A stretch of 64,000 bases of DNA, taken from the NCBI RefSeq assembly GCF_009914755.1, contig NC_060933.1; one strand, given 5' to 3'. Source of the stretch: the human T2T-CHM13v2.0 reference genome, Homo sapiens. A program made the translations under genes and the position numbers. Positions 14,370-28,047 of the stretch are shown in pieces (position 1 is the first letter of the stretch; every line of letters begins with the position of its first letter). The notes under the pieces were generated by a model. That model saw only the letters and a program-made list of their open reading frames with translations. It was not told the DNA's origin and made no database searches.

Positions 14370-14709
14370 TGTCCTACTCTGTTTGGTTGCTATAACAAAA
14401 TATCATAGACTAGGCAGCTTATAAACAACAGATATTTATTTCTCATAGTTCTGGAGGCTGGAAAATCCAATATCCAGGCACTACTGGCAGATTTGGTGTC
14501 TGGTGAGAGCCTACACTCTGGTTCATAGACAGCCATCCATTTGCTGTGTCTCCATATGGTAGAAAGAATGAATAAAGTTTCTGGAGTCTTCTTTACAATG
14601 GCACTAATCCATTCATGAAGGTTTCATCCCATGACCTAACAATACCATTGTATTGGGGGTTATCTTGCAACATATGAATTTTGGGGAACATAAGCTTTCA
14701 ATCTATAGT
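14370..14709 (-). mobile_element. MaLR solo LTR (MLT1A/MSTD-like)
   Basis: gctataacaaaatatcatagact...tttatttctcatagttctggaggctgg. Confidence 0.85.
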
Positions 14710-17637
14710 AATGAAGTAGGAAATTTTCCCTGATCCTTTCATGGGCAGGAACTGGAGTATGCCTATTTCACAGAGGTCTTATCAGATAAAAAAATTCTCC
14801 ATTAAATGGCAAAACAAGTAACCATTTGGGATTCCTGGGTGTACAGTGCCTACTATTCCAAAATGAGATTATTGAGGCTAACATGACCCTTTGTATACAA
14901 AGACGGGGGCAGAAATAATATTTCTAGCAAATCCACACATCTCAATCACATTTAATTTCACAAAATTTACTTCTAATAAGCATTGTTCCAACTAACAAAC
15001 CATCTGGTGCTAGTCTAAGATAGAGATGGCTGAAGTGCTCCTGATTCCAGTATTTTAGGTGTTAAATCTCCATTCTAACATTGTCAATCCTTAACTGGAG
15101 TACTCAAATATTAACTAACTTCCTCTAGGATATAAATTAATATGTATACCACATTCTATGTGAATTATTTTAATTATATTACATGCCATATACAAATTAT
15201 ATATAGGTTTAGTCTTCCTGAATATTGCAAGTTGAGTCTGTGAGAGAAAAAATTAGGATGAATTGAGAATAACTAGAATTCAGAATTCTTTTTCATTAAG
15301 TGTTGACTGTGTTAACTCATATTCCCGGTTAGGTAGCAAGTCCTATGAAGTGTGATTTTCTCCTAACAGCTAAAAAGCAGAAAAAAAATGGATTTATTCT
15401 AGTTAATGACTTGCTTTTTCTATTTTTATAGAAAAAATGAAGTAAATTATTTCACTTTTCTTGATGCTATTACTATTTTGTCAGGAAGATAGATCTTCTA
15501 AATTTTAGGAAACTATGAATCTAAGTTCTATATTGCTCTCATTTCCTTTTTCTCTTTGTCTCTCTTCTGTTGTAGCCCCTCCCTCACCGCTAAGCCTTCA
15601 CCCTGACTCTACCCTGCCCCCACTGCCTTTTGTTCTTTGGAAGACACTCATTAACATTTGCTAATGTATGCTAATGAGCAATAATTAGCATCTCTAATGT
15701 GAACAAAAGCAGTGCTACAAAGGAAGGGTAAAGATGTGTACAGAGTTCAGCCAGCCTTTTATGCTTCTTTATGCCTTAGGAACAATCCTCTTCTTTCAGT
15801 TCTTTCACAATTCTTTAGTGTTTTTTGTTTGTTTCATTTTGTTTGCTTATCCATGAACCCTGAAAACCATTCTTCTTCTTGAGTTAGAATATTGCAAAAA
15901 TGCTACGGAGGACAGAAAGATTCCTTTTTGTCCTAAATAACCCAAGGATATAAGCACAGCTGCTAAGAGGTTATAATGCACATTTGTATTTTCATCTGGT
16001 TGTTATTTTGGTATCCTATTACTAGAAAAGGTTTTAACCAGAAAACCTCACACAAGATAATGTATTTCATTTTACCACACTTATTTACAGTGGTTGCCCT
16101 TTATGGTGGTAATTGCAATGTGAAAGCATACACTCTGAATATATATTATGACAGCATGGTTAAATAAGAAATGTTCCCTCCCTCAAACAATCTAAATGCA
16201 AAGAAAATGCAAGACTCACCACTTACTTTTTCATAACCACAGAGGGCTCTAAATGTCTTTGTAAATAGCTATTTATTTATTGAATATGTATAGTTTTTTT
16301 TTTGAAAAAGCCAGCCCTCCAAACCACATAGAGTAAGAGCTGTTTTTGTTCTTTCTGTAGACTGATGGTGTCGTGAAATACCTAATTGCAGTTTCTCACA
16401 AATACTCCAGCATGTAATTTGCCATTTGCAGAACCAGGCTTCACATTTCATATTTGCTCTTCCAGCTCAGGGGTGGTAGAATTTGGAAACATACCAGCAA
16501 CCCACTTCACTCAGCCTGTGTTTAATTATAATTTCACGTACAATAAAAGCAGAAGGAAAACGTGCAAAAAAATTGGTGTGCATCCCTTTCCCCTCCTTCT
16601 TACGTATATAAAAAAGATTTATTTCCATTGTAAAAGGATAGAATGGGGATCTTTATTTTGAGTAGATTTTCTATTTTTGTTCTTTCTGTTTGCCTCAGAG
16701 TTAGTGTCCTCTCTCTGTGACCTCAGAGTAAAATGTGTTTCTCCATAGGCTTCATCCTGTTCTATTTATCAACTATATTATATTTATCAATTATTTTATA
16801 TTGTGTTTTTAATAAAGCAGACATCAGCAGCTATTTATTTTCTACTTCTGAGGGCCTAAAGAGTCTCAGAAAATGAGTGTAATCTAGAAGGGAAAACATT
16901 GAAGAGTGACAGCTATTATAACAGTTGTGATTTTTGCCTGCCTCCCTCTTTTGGATTGGTGAGTCCTACCAAAAACCAAAACTATTATTCTCCTTGTAAT
17001 TTTGAAACCACAGAGATTGAAAATAACTATTTAGTATCTCCAAGATATTATAATGTTTGAAAATATGACCAGTTTTGGGGGCATTTATTACAAAAGTTTC
17101 CAGTAGGGTGTTTTTGAATGTCTGTGCCCTCTGGTTTTCACAAAACTGGTCTTAAGGAAGATAAGATACTGGTACACACAGAAGAAATATCAGCCTACGT
17201 CTGTCTCATTAAATCTTATCCCCAGATACTTTGATGATATTTAAGTGTAATGATCTCATTCTGTGTTTCTCACTCCTGATAATTTTTTAAATGTCTTATA
17301 GCTTACAGGTTTATTAAGGTATTTGATTTATTTAAGAACTACATAATTATTCTCTTCATTCAATGGCTTCTGAAATATTATGTTTAATTCTATCATTTGA
17401 AGGACTTGGGATTGTTATAAACAAATGGCACGAGCTTCTTTTTGTCCTGACCTAGAAGTAGCAAAGATAAAGGGAGCTGCTTAGTTAACCTGAGTGAGAT
17501 TTAATAATCTTGGGTATATTTTATTCTAGAGTAAGAAGAATTGCACCCTATTACTTTTATTCAGTTTTGTATGCAGTAGCTTCTGTTGTCTACTTCACAA
17601 CCACCAATAGTGTTATCATAAATTCAGAGTGTTGGGC

Positions 17638-18034
17638 TGTATTAGCCCATTCTTGCACTGCTATAAAGAACTACCTGAGACAGGGTAACCTGTAAAGAAA
17701 ATAGGTTTAATTGGCTCATGGTTCTGCAGGCTGTACAGAAAGCATGGCTGCTTTCTGCTCTCCAGCCTCCTCATGGAGGCCTCAGGAAACTTACAATCAT
17801 GGCAGAAGGCAAAGTTGAGGAAGGAGGTACCTCCTACATGGCCGGAGCAGGAGGAAGAGAGAGAAGGGGAAGGTGCTACACACTTTTAAACAAGATCTTG
17901 TGAGAACTCACTATTCCAGGAACAGCAAAGGGAAAGTCTGCGCCCATGATCCAGTCACCTCCCACCAGGCACCTCTTCCAACACTGGGGATTACAATTAG
18001 ACATGAGATTTTGGCACAAATTTGAACCATATCC
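17638..18034 (-). mobile_element. MSTA-like MaLR solo LTR with 5-bp TSD TGGGC
   Basis: TGTATTAG...CTCAGGAAACTTACAATCATGGCAGAAGG...AACCATATC. TGGGC at 17633-37 and 18035-39. Confidence 0.9.
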
Positions 18035-18627
18035 TGGGCCATTCTCTATATGGAGATGATGCCTGAATATGATTTGGTGACTCAGTCTAGCATCCAAGTG
18101 GCTCATTGTTGGGCAATTCTTCTTTAGTCTTCTTTAGGGCTAATTTTACTCATTCCTTTTGAAAATTGGATTGATTTACTTTTTGTTTGGTTTTAAGAAA
18201 GCAAAATATCTAAATGCTGTTCTTGGCATAGCTTATATACATATACATGCATACACATGTGTAATTTTCTTCAGATCAAAATATGCATCCCCATCATTCG
18301 TATTGCTATAATCAGAAATTAGTAATTTGAGGGGCAACTGAATGACCTTATACCTAGAGTTTTCAGAGTATAATATTACACAGTGTGTATTCATAAGAAT
18401 GCTGCCTTTTAAAGAGGTTTTTTTTTAAAAAAATCATAGCTTATTTTTTATAGTTTCACTGGTCTGTCCTCCCTTTTCTCTCTTTTTTTCCCCCTTGAGA
18501 AGAGAGATTTCACATTTTTGTTAAGGGGCTCATAATTTCCTTATGAAATATGACAAATTTCACTTTATCTTAAAAGCAAAATATTAATAGTACAGACAGC
18601 TGAAGGTGGTCTGAGTTAACCTGAGTT

Positions 18628-18635
<8 letters not shown>

Positions 18636-18688
<53 letters not shown>
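18636..18688. repeat. (TA)n microsatellite, ~26 units
   Basis: Directly visible. Confidence 0.97.
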
Positions 18689-18691
<3 letters not shown>

Positions 18692-19169
18692 AAAAATATT
18701 TATTTGTCATATGTAGCAAGACTAAAATGCAAAATTTTGCTTTATGCTTATTCTTTTCCAGTATCATTTACTGTAATTCTCACCCCATATTTATTTTTTT
18801 ACTTCTCTTTCTGTTTCTCTCCTTTCTCCTCTCATTCTTTTTCTTTCTTTTCTTCTCCCTACCCCATCTTTTAGTTCCATACTTTTGAATTGCTATAGTG
18901 GACTCAAATCTAAGCAAGAGGTATATTAGTAAGTTGTTCAGTCTTTTAACAAAGTATCAGTCAGAGAAGCACAGCCCAGGGATAAACCAAAAGCAGAAAT
19001 AAAACTGAGGAATTAATAATCTAATTCGTGTTGTTTTCTTTACATTATAGGTGGTTCATTTCATAGCCTACATCTTCAATTTCTCAATTCTCATTAGATC
19101 TTTCTTAACAGCATATAAGACCATTCTAAATAGCAAAAATAGCTGTATCCTTTTACTCACTGCCCATCA

Positions 19170-19770
19170 GTTCATAAAGCCACTTGAATTCAGCTTTTTG
19201 CCCACACAACTGCACTAAACATATGCCTGCCAAGATCATCAATATCTCTACATTGTCAAATCCAGTGGTCAATTTTCAGTCCACATTGTACTTAGCAACT
19301 TATGATACGTCTCTGATGCACATCTTCTGCCATCCACAATCTCTGACTTTCCTTCTACTTAAGAGCTGATTGTTCATTTTTGATTTCTTCAGTTTGTTCT
19401 TCTCCTGTTCCTCACCATTTTGAGTCTCCTTTTTCTGTTTTGTTTACCCTCATTTTCTTTGTTATCTCATCTGGTCTTATGGCTTTAAATACAATGTTTT
19501 TGCTGATAATTCCCTAATTCATATTTCCAGTCCAGACCTTTCTTCTGAACTCCAGGCTCAAATATTCAACTGCCTACTTAATGTCATGCTTGGATGTCTA
19601 GACAGCACCTGAAATCCAACGGATCTGATTAAAGTCCTGATCTTTAACAGCTCCTACCTAAGCTATTCTCCCTACAGTCTTCCATCTTCTTTTCCTGTAA
19701 TTCCATTCTTCAGGTGCTCAAGCAAAGAACCTGTTGCTATCCTTGATTTCTCTATTTCTCTCACATCCTA
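19170..19770 (+). mobile_element. L2 fragment
   Basis: caaatccagtggtcaattttcagtc...ccagacctttcttctgaactccag...caactgcctact. Confidence 0.75.
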
Positions 19771-20006
19771 CAGGGATGACATGGGTTCATTTATGCCTGT
19801 CATGCCACTGATTAACATCCCTATCAAGAAAGTTTAGTCTGAGGTAAAAACATCCAATTTGTATGAGAAGGGCCAACATTGACATTCTTCGTACACAAAA
19901 AAGAATCCTGAGAAGAAACACAAAAGAGCTAAATAATACATTGCTGTTGCAGCTTAGGTAGGCTGGAGAAGAAACCCATACATAATCTCAAACCTTACTG
20001 TTATAA

Positions 20007-20576
<570 letters not shown>

Positions 20577-23564
20577 TATAAAGTCATTCTTTTGCATCAA
20601 ATAGTAAGACTCATTAAAGGCAGTGGTATTTTCTTTTACTGTCTACAAACCCTTATCCAAGAGCATTTTCTCTATATTCCTTTGTGAGCACACAATAAAT
20701 GGTAATTCAATAAGTGAATTTTCAGTTTCCAAAATAATAACCTGGAGCTATAAACATTGCTTCAAGAAGTAAATGTGGGTCAGAGAAAAAGGCAATACCA
20801 TTCAACTCTTCTGGCCACTTGGTCACTGTGTTATCCTGAAGAAGCATAAACTACTTTCAGCATTATAGATTTAAAAAGAAGCCCCAGAACAACATCCACT
20901 TTTCTGAACGACTCCTATGCCTCTGAAATGTGACATTTTGCTGTTGTTTCTTTTTACTGTTTTTAATTACTGAGTCTATCTGCATGAAATGAGGATCTGG
21001 GTTGCCTAGGAGTTCATCTGCTCCTATTGCATATTCCTCTTTTAACTACACATACTTCAATGCAGTTTTGCTTGCTGCCTCCAACATTTTGACAGACTTC
21101 CCCTCCTCTTCCTTCACTATCCTCCCATCACTCTCCAGGAGACAAGGTTATTTTTAAAGTGCATGATCAATGGGCATTGGGGAGCAGCTGAGGCATGAAG
21201 AGATCATACGATTGGGAATAAGGTACTAGGGACTGCTGAGAGAAGGAATGGCAACATGCCATCTCAGACATTGTCTGAGAAAGGAAAGGGTTTGTAGCTC
21301 CCATTCAAGTATTCTGAGCTATCTCTTCACACAGGTTTTTGTCTTGGAGGGAGTTCTTAACATAGTTCTTTAGCATTGCTTTAAGTTGAAGGAGATATAG
21401 GCCAGTGCTGATAGTTACTTTTCAGGCCAAATAATGTTCCATTAAAATCGAGCTTGCTCTGAGGATCTTGGTAGTGTCTTAAATCTCCTGGTCATAGTGC
21501 TGCTATTTGGTTCTTGATGCTTATGACACCTTTGCTGAGGGTTTGAATCAAGAACAAAACAAGTATTATCACAATGACTATAAAACATGACTGTTCCACG
21601 ATCAGACAAAGGAATGCTGTTAAGCAAAGAAGGCACCTAAGGAGAATGTGGAGATGACCATGCACAGACCAGAATCACTATTGGAAAACCAACTCAAGAG
21701 GAGGGACTGGGTCATTTCTGCAGCAGTCTTCATTGCATCACTGAGAAATTGCAGCTCTGTTTTAGTTCTCTACTTGCCACCACAGGGAATATCTTCCCTT
21801 ATGGACTTTTAGGTTTTATTTAATGGTTATTTATAAACTATTCCTTCTGTGCCGGAGAAGATGATTCATGACTCTAGCCCTGCTTTTTCTCTCCCGTGGT
21901 TATTAGAGGAAACTGAGTTGTTGCTTATCTCTTTAGCTTGGGATACCTTATTCTGCTCTTTTTATTTAATATATAATCTTTCCTAAAGATTTCCTTATAT
22001 TTTTGTTCATTTAGTAGGTTTTTCTGTTTTATTTAATTAACTTTATATTATCACATTCTAGTGAAATAATCATCACAAATCATCCTAATACATCGTGCAA
22101 ATGTTTTAAAAATGTGCTTTGGTTGTGCATATCGCAAAGTAGGCTGTGGGTCAGCATTTGCTATTTGTCCTCAGCTGTTTCTTCTTTATATATAACTGAT
22201 AACACCCTGCTCCAATGTTAATCTTATATCATTAAAATTCTTTCCTAGAGAATCCTTCTTTGACTGAAGAAGCTTAGTGGTGACATTAATTGCAAATAAA
22301 AGACCATGACCTATTGTAGAATGTGGAATATCTCCTTAGAAGTGTCTGCCTTCATTATTGCAAACTTTCAGTAGTGACATAAAGATCTTTGTCCTGTGTA
22401 GTTTCAGTTGCAGCCAGCAACAGAAGGCATATGTTCACTTTGAACAAAAGAACATTTATTTTCACATTCTGTGGCTGATGTTGAGTGATAACATTTTTGC
22501 ATATCCTAAAATTTTTTACCCAGATGCTGTTTAAAGGCAAAAAGTGCTTTTACAATAATATTCTTTGTGAATGGAATTTACACTCTTGGCATGTGTTGCC
22601 TTTTCAATATGCCCATCAAGTTCTGAATAATAACCTTTGACAGTGAGTGAACAGAAACAAAACCAGAGGTTGTTTCATCTGTTCACAGCAACACTGTTTG
22701 TCATCTTTGCTTTTTTGGAAAAATGTCATTCCACCTTAAATAAAAATATGATAAAATTCATGTTTTATAAGCAAGTTAATAGACTTCGATTATTAAGAAA
22801 TATTTTAATTTTTCCAAGGCAAGAAACCTGTGATGAATGAACATTAAGTTGACAAAAGAAAAAAATATGCCAATAAATATATTTTTTCATATTACTGTAG
22901 TGTCAAAAATTTTATAAAACTTTTATATGCCTTTATAAAAATGAAGCAAAGCTAAGAAGAAGATGCTGTATGTGTTATGGGGTGAGGAATAAACAGAAAA
23001 AGTGTCCTTTGTCTTGGAAAGAACTGTAAAATCACCTATCTCCATGTTGCCAAAGGGAATCACATATTGGGAAATTTAGGCTATATTAATATAATACGTA
23101 TAAAAATAATTGAAATAGAAAAGATCTGGCTTTAAGCATTTTTCTAAAGACTTTTTCATGCTTGGTAAAAGTGTTTGGAATAAATTATTCTCTATTTTTA
23201 AGTAGTTAATTTGGTTATTAACCTAATTGGTATGGGCATGTGGATATAGCTTTATTAACAATTCAATTTCTCATGAAATAAAATAACCCGACAAACCCCA
23301 AGTCTACTTATTGCAATACAGAATTTATTTTGGTTGAAGTTATTTTGAATTGAGCTGATAGCTTATAACTTTGAATTGGGCTTATAACTGTTATGTTTTG
23401 CAAATCCCTGAAGATTATGAAATAGAAAAATCTTTGCATGGCATTGTATAAGATGCTGTAGCTGTATATCTTTAATAAATCGTGCTCATTTTGGCAAGTT
23501 TATGGAAAAATTGTATTAACTGCACAAAAACATTATGATAAAAACAATAAAAGTAAAAACCACT

Positions 23565-23571
23565 TACTAAC
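23565..23571 (+). promoter_or_regulatory. Perfect TACTAAC branch-point consensus upstream of the 48-nt exon
   Basis: Literal TACTAAC, with the branch A about 52 nt upstream of the acceptor. Confidence 0.55.
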
Positions 23572-23621
23572 AATTGTACAGGCATTTAAATAATTGCTGT
23601 ACTGTTTTCTTTCCTCAACAG

Positions 23622-23669
23622 TACAAATCAAAGTGGAGGAAAAAGAAGACGAGACTGAGGAAAGCTCAA
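23622..23669 (+). CDS. TMC1: TMC1 coding exon (conventional exon 6, 48 nt, phase 1-1): (V)[15 protein letters not shown](S)
   Basis: Acceptor tttctttcctcaacAG at 23620-21 and donor GTAAGT at 23670. Translation matches the recalled TMC1 N-terminus [21 protein letters not shown] and joins the next exon in frame. Confidence 0.96.
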
Positions 23670-23864
23670 GTAAGTGGTGATGGGCCACTTGGGATACATT
23701 TCCTATGGAATACCAGTAAACTCAAAGAATTTATCCTCTTGTGGACTTGAGCTACCATATGTAAGCAGAAGTGTGTGTGGATAACTTTTCATGGTCTCAC
23801 AGGAGGAATCAAGTTCAGCAAACAGAATCCCCACTCTAGAGTCTATCCAGTTGGCACTATAAGG

Positions 23865-24300
23865 GCCAAGACTGTGTTCCCTTGATTGCTTGCTGAAAAA
23901 TCAACAAGCAAAAGACATGTTAATAGGAGAAAAGGCATATAATTTCATAGAACTTGTATTCATTAAAGCCTTAGGATGAAGACCCAAAGATAGAGAAAAT
24001 TGTCCATTTTTATGCTTAGGTTCAACAAAGTGTGGATAGCAGTGTAGAAATATGATTGGACGAAAAGGGTATAATCTAATGTTTACATAGAGTGGGGAAA
24101 CACAACAAGGCCTGTCTGCCTAGATTCTTCTTGGCCTCTCTAAGCATGCATTTCTTTCTTCTGGGTATGGGGCAGGGACCCTCTTTGGAATGAGGGTCTT
24201 ATGATCTACACTCAAACAAGGTAGGTCGGATGATTTCTTGATGACCAGTTTTTACACAGACAGGGCAGAGGGAATGTTAGAGTAGTATTTTTAGGTTTCA
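23865..24300 (-). mobile_element. ERV1 MER4-group LTR, truncated
   Basis: Similar to the LTR at 5853-6367 (gaagacccaaaga...tttttatgcttaggttcaa...gagggtcttatgatct). Confidence 0.7.
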
Positions 24301-27300
24301 TGCATTTGAGAAGAATGTTTATTCTGTTGTTATTGGGTAGAATGTTCTGTATATGTCTGCTAGGTCTGTTTGATCTATAATGTTGTTCATGACTGCTGTT
24401 TCCTTATTGATTTTCTGTCTAGATGTTCTATCCATTATGGAATGTAATGTAGGGTATTGAAGTTTCCTACTATAATTATATTGCTGTATATTTTCTCTCT
24501 TGAGTTTGGTTAATGTTTATATTTAGGTGCTCTGATGTTGGATGCATATATACTTATAATTGTGATATCTTCCTGGTAAATTGACCCTTTTATTACTATT
24601 TAATGCCCTTATTTGTTGCTTATGACAGTTTTATACTAAAAGCATATTTTGTCCGATGTAAGTATAGCCACCCCTGTTCTTTTTTAGCTACCATTTGCAT
24701 GGCCTATCATTTTCCGTTCCTTCACTTTCACCCTATGTGTGTCCTTAAATCTAAAGTGAATCTTTTATAGTTAGCATACAGTTGTTTCTTTTCTTTGGTT
24801 TCTTTTTTAATTCATTCAGCCACTTTATGTCTTTTGATTGAGAAGTTCAATCCACTTAAATTTAAAGTTATTATTGATAGAGCAAGACTAACTTTTGCCA
24901 TTTTGTTCATTGTTTTCTGTCTTAAAGCTCTTTTGTCCCTTTTTTATCTCATGTTATTCTCCTTCATATTTTATTGATTTTTATTATAGTGATATACTTT
25001 GATTCCTTTCTCTTTTCTTTTGTGTGTCTTCTATAGAAATTTTATTGTGGTTACCATGGGACTCATGTTCAACATCTTATAATTATAAAAGTCCTATTTT
25101 AAGTAGAAAACAATTTAACCTCAATTGCATACTAAAACTCTACACTTCTACTTTCCTTGACACTTAATATTATTGACATCTTGAGTTACATATTTTTATA
25201 TTATGCATCCATTAACGTATTTTTATAGTTACTGTTAATACTTTTTTACTTTTATAATACAATTAAAAGTTACCAATATACTGTCATTAAAGTATTATAG
25301 TATCCTGTATTTGTCTACATATTTACCTTTACCAGACAGTTTTATATTTTCATGTGATTTTGTGTTGCTCTTTAGTGTCCTCTCTTTTCAACTTGAAGAA
25401 CTTCCTTTAGCATTACTTGTAAGAAAAGTCTAGGGGTGATTAACTTAGGTTTTGTTTGTCTGAGAGTCTTTATTTCTCTGTCATTTATAAAGGACAAACT
25501 TGCTGAGCATAGCTTTCTTGGTTGGCAGGTTTCTTCTTTCCAACACTTTTAAAATATCATCCTACTTTCTTCTGGCCTGCATAATTTCTGCTAAGAAATG
25601 ATAGTCTTATGAAGGTTTCCTTGTACATGACAAGTTGCTTTTCTGTTTCTTTCAAAATTCTGTCTTTGTCTTTGACTTCTGGCAATTTAAGTATAATATG
25701 TATTGGTGTGGATTTATTTGGGTTCACATAATTTAGGGTCTGTGGGCTTCCTGAATCTGAGGGTCCATTTTCTTTCCCAGATTTGGGAAGATTTTGGTTA
25801 TTATTTTCTTTGAATAGTCTTTCTGGCCTTTTCTTTCTTTTATTCTCCTTCAGAACTCCCATAGTGTATATATTGGTCTGCTTGTTGATCCCTCATAAAA
25901 CTTTCTTGACTTTTTCTTATTCTTTTTATGGTTTTGCTCTTCTAACTATAATTTCAAACATCCTATTTTTCAATTTGGTAATTCTTTCTTTTGCTTGATC
26001 GAGTCTGCTGTTAGACCTCTGTAGTGAATTTCTGTTACTCTATTCTTCAGTTATTGTGTTCAGTTATTGTCTTGTACTCTTCAATATTTATCTCTGGTTA
26101 TTTTTATATTTTTATTTCTGTTGAAACTCATACTTTGTTCATGCATTTTTCTTCTGAATTTGTTGAGCATCTTTATGAGTTATTTTTAATAGTCTGTTAA
26201 GTAATTCATATATCTCCATTATATTAGGGCTGGTTTCTGGAGCTTTATCTTCTGTTGTTTGGGGTATGTTTTCCTGTTTCTTTATTTTTCTTGATTTTGT
26301 TTGTTTGTTTTGGTATCCATATATTAGAAAAAACAGATTCCTTTCCCAGCCTTCAGGAGAAGGATTAGCCTTGTACAGGAGAAGAGTTTCACCAATGAGG
26401 CAGGCCAGAGATTCTTGGGCCTCTCAAACATTTCCTGTGTATGCATCGTCTCTGGACTTGTGTGTGTAAATTCTCAATAAGAGGGATTTTTCAGTTGACT
26501 TTTTCTTTTTAAGAATTCATAATCTCTTGTTCCCTCCAGTGTCCTTCTGTCATAACATGTGTCTTCTGAGGAAGCAGCATGTCCTGAGTTCTTTTTTTTG
26601 TTTCCAGTAGTCCCCAGGCATCAACAGTATGCTGGGTCCTGTCCATGCCCTGAGACTGGTCATTCCCTTAGGCAGCCTCCTGAGAAGTCTGAACACAGGG
26701 TATATATTTCAGTCTTTTATTTCCCATTTCAGGGGCAAGTCAAGGGCTGGAATTCTTGCCAACTGTGTCATGCTGAACTGGGGGAAGGGGCTCTGGTGAA
26801 TGAGTACAAACTAATTCAAAACTTCACCTTTGTTCTCCATGGCCCTGGGCCATTTAGAATATGCTGGGTCCTATTAGTGCTCTAGGAGACAAGTGGGACA
26901 GAAGCCAGTCCAGTCATTTTTTAGAAAAGTTGGAGTGTTAGATGCACTATCCAACTGTTTTTCTCCCCAGAGAGGTGCAGATTTGGTGTTTATCATCTGG
27001 TTATTCTGTGCTAAATTGGGGGAGTGGCTATTTGAGTGAGGCATACTATTCAAACGGCTATCTTTGCTCTCATTGGTTCCTAACCAGAGGTCTTTTCCTG
27101 TCAGTGCTCAGATTCTGGCAAGACAGAAACCAGTCCTTTGGGAACCTCCAGAAAAATCAGAATGTTGAACACATGGTTCAGTTGTTTTCTCCCCTCCCCA
27201 GGGAGAGACTGGGAGATGATGGTTTTCTCCCAGTTGTATGGTATTGTGTTAGCAGAGAGGGATTATGGTGTGAGGGTGTGTCAGATTTTTCTACCAGCTA

Positions 27301-27462
27301 CCTAGCTGATTTTGTGTTCATCTAGGGTTCAGGCACCTTTCAACTAGTTTCCGAATTTCTCACGAAGGGAGCTTATCTCCACATTGTAGTTGAACTTTTA
27401 TGTCCATGGAGGGAAGGCGGGTCCAGGGCTTCCTATTTTGTCATCTTGTTGATGTCATCCCA
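24301..27462 (-). mobile_element. Old L1M 5' half (5'UTR, ORF1, start of ORF2), 3'-deleted
   Basis: ORF1-like peptide 25557..25862 (TPIHIILKLPEVKDKDRILK). The 5' terminus reads caagatgac on the - strand near 27445. Confidence 0.85.
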
Positions 27463-27749
27463 GTAGTTTAGTTTTAATACAAAAAATACTAAAATTCAGA
27501 GTACCAAGTAGCTGCTTGGGTTTGTGAGTTATTAGTGGGTAAATTGTTTCTTGCCTCCTGTCAAGTTTTTGTCCTTTCTTTAATTAGTGACTAATGTGGC
27601 TAATAAAAGCAGGGTAAATATTCAGAATGCCATGATGGGGTTCAAATAACATACATTTGCCACAATATTAAACAAACAGAAACTCGTTCTTGATTTGGAT
27701 GACAGAATATATATACAGTTTTCCAAGCCCAGTTAGAAAAGTTATTATG

Positions 27750-28047
27750 GGCCGGGTGCGATACCTCACACCTGTAATCCCAGCACTTTGGGAGGCCAAG
27801 GCAGGTGAATCACTTGAGGCCAGGAGTTCACGACCAGCCTGGCCAACATGGTGAAACCCCATCTCTACTAAAAATACAAAAAATTAGCTGGGTATGATGG
27901 CGCACACCTGTATTCTCAACTACTCAGGAGGCTGAGACAAGAGAATCGTTTGAACTCTGGAGCTGGAGGTTGCAGTGAGCCGAGACTGTGCTATTGTACT
28001 CCAGCTTGGGTGATAGAACAAAATTGTGTCTCAAAAAAAAAAAAAAA
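27750..28047 (+). mobile_element. AluS (Sz-like)
   Basis: Full dimer with A tail and flanking AAGTTATT repeats. Confidence 0.92.
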
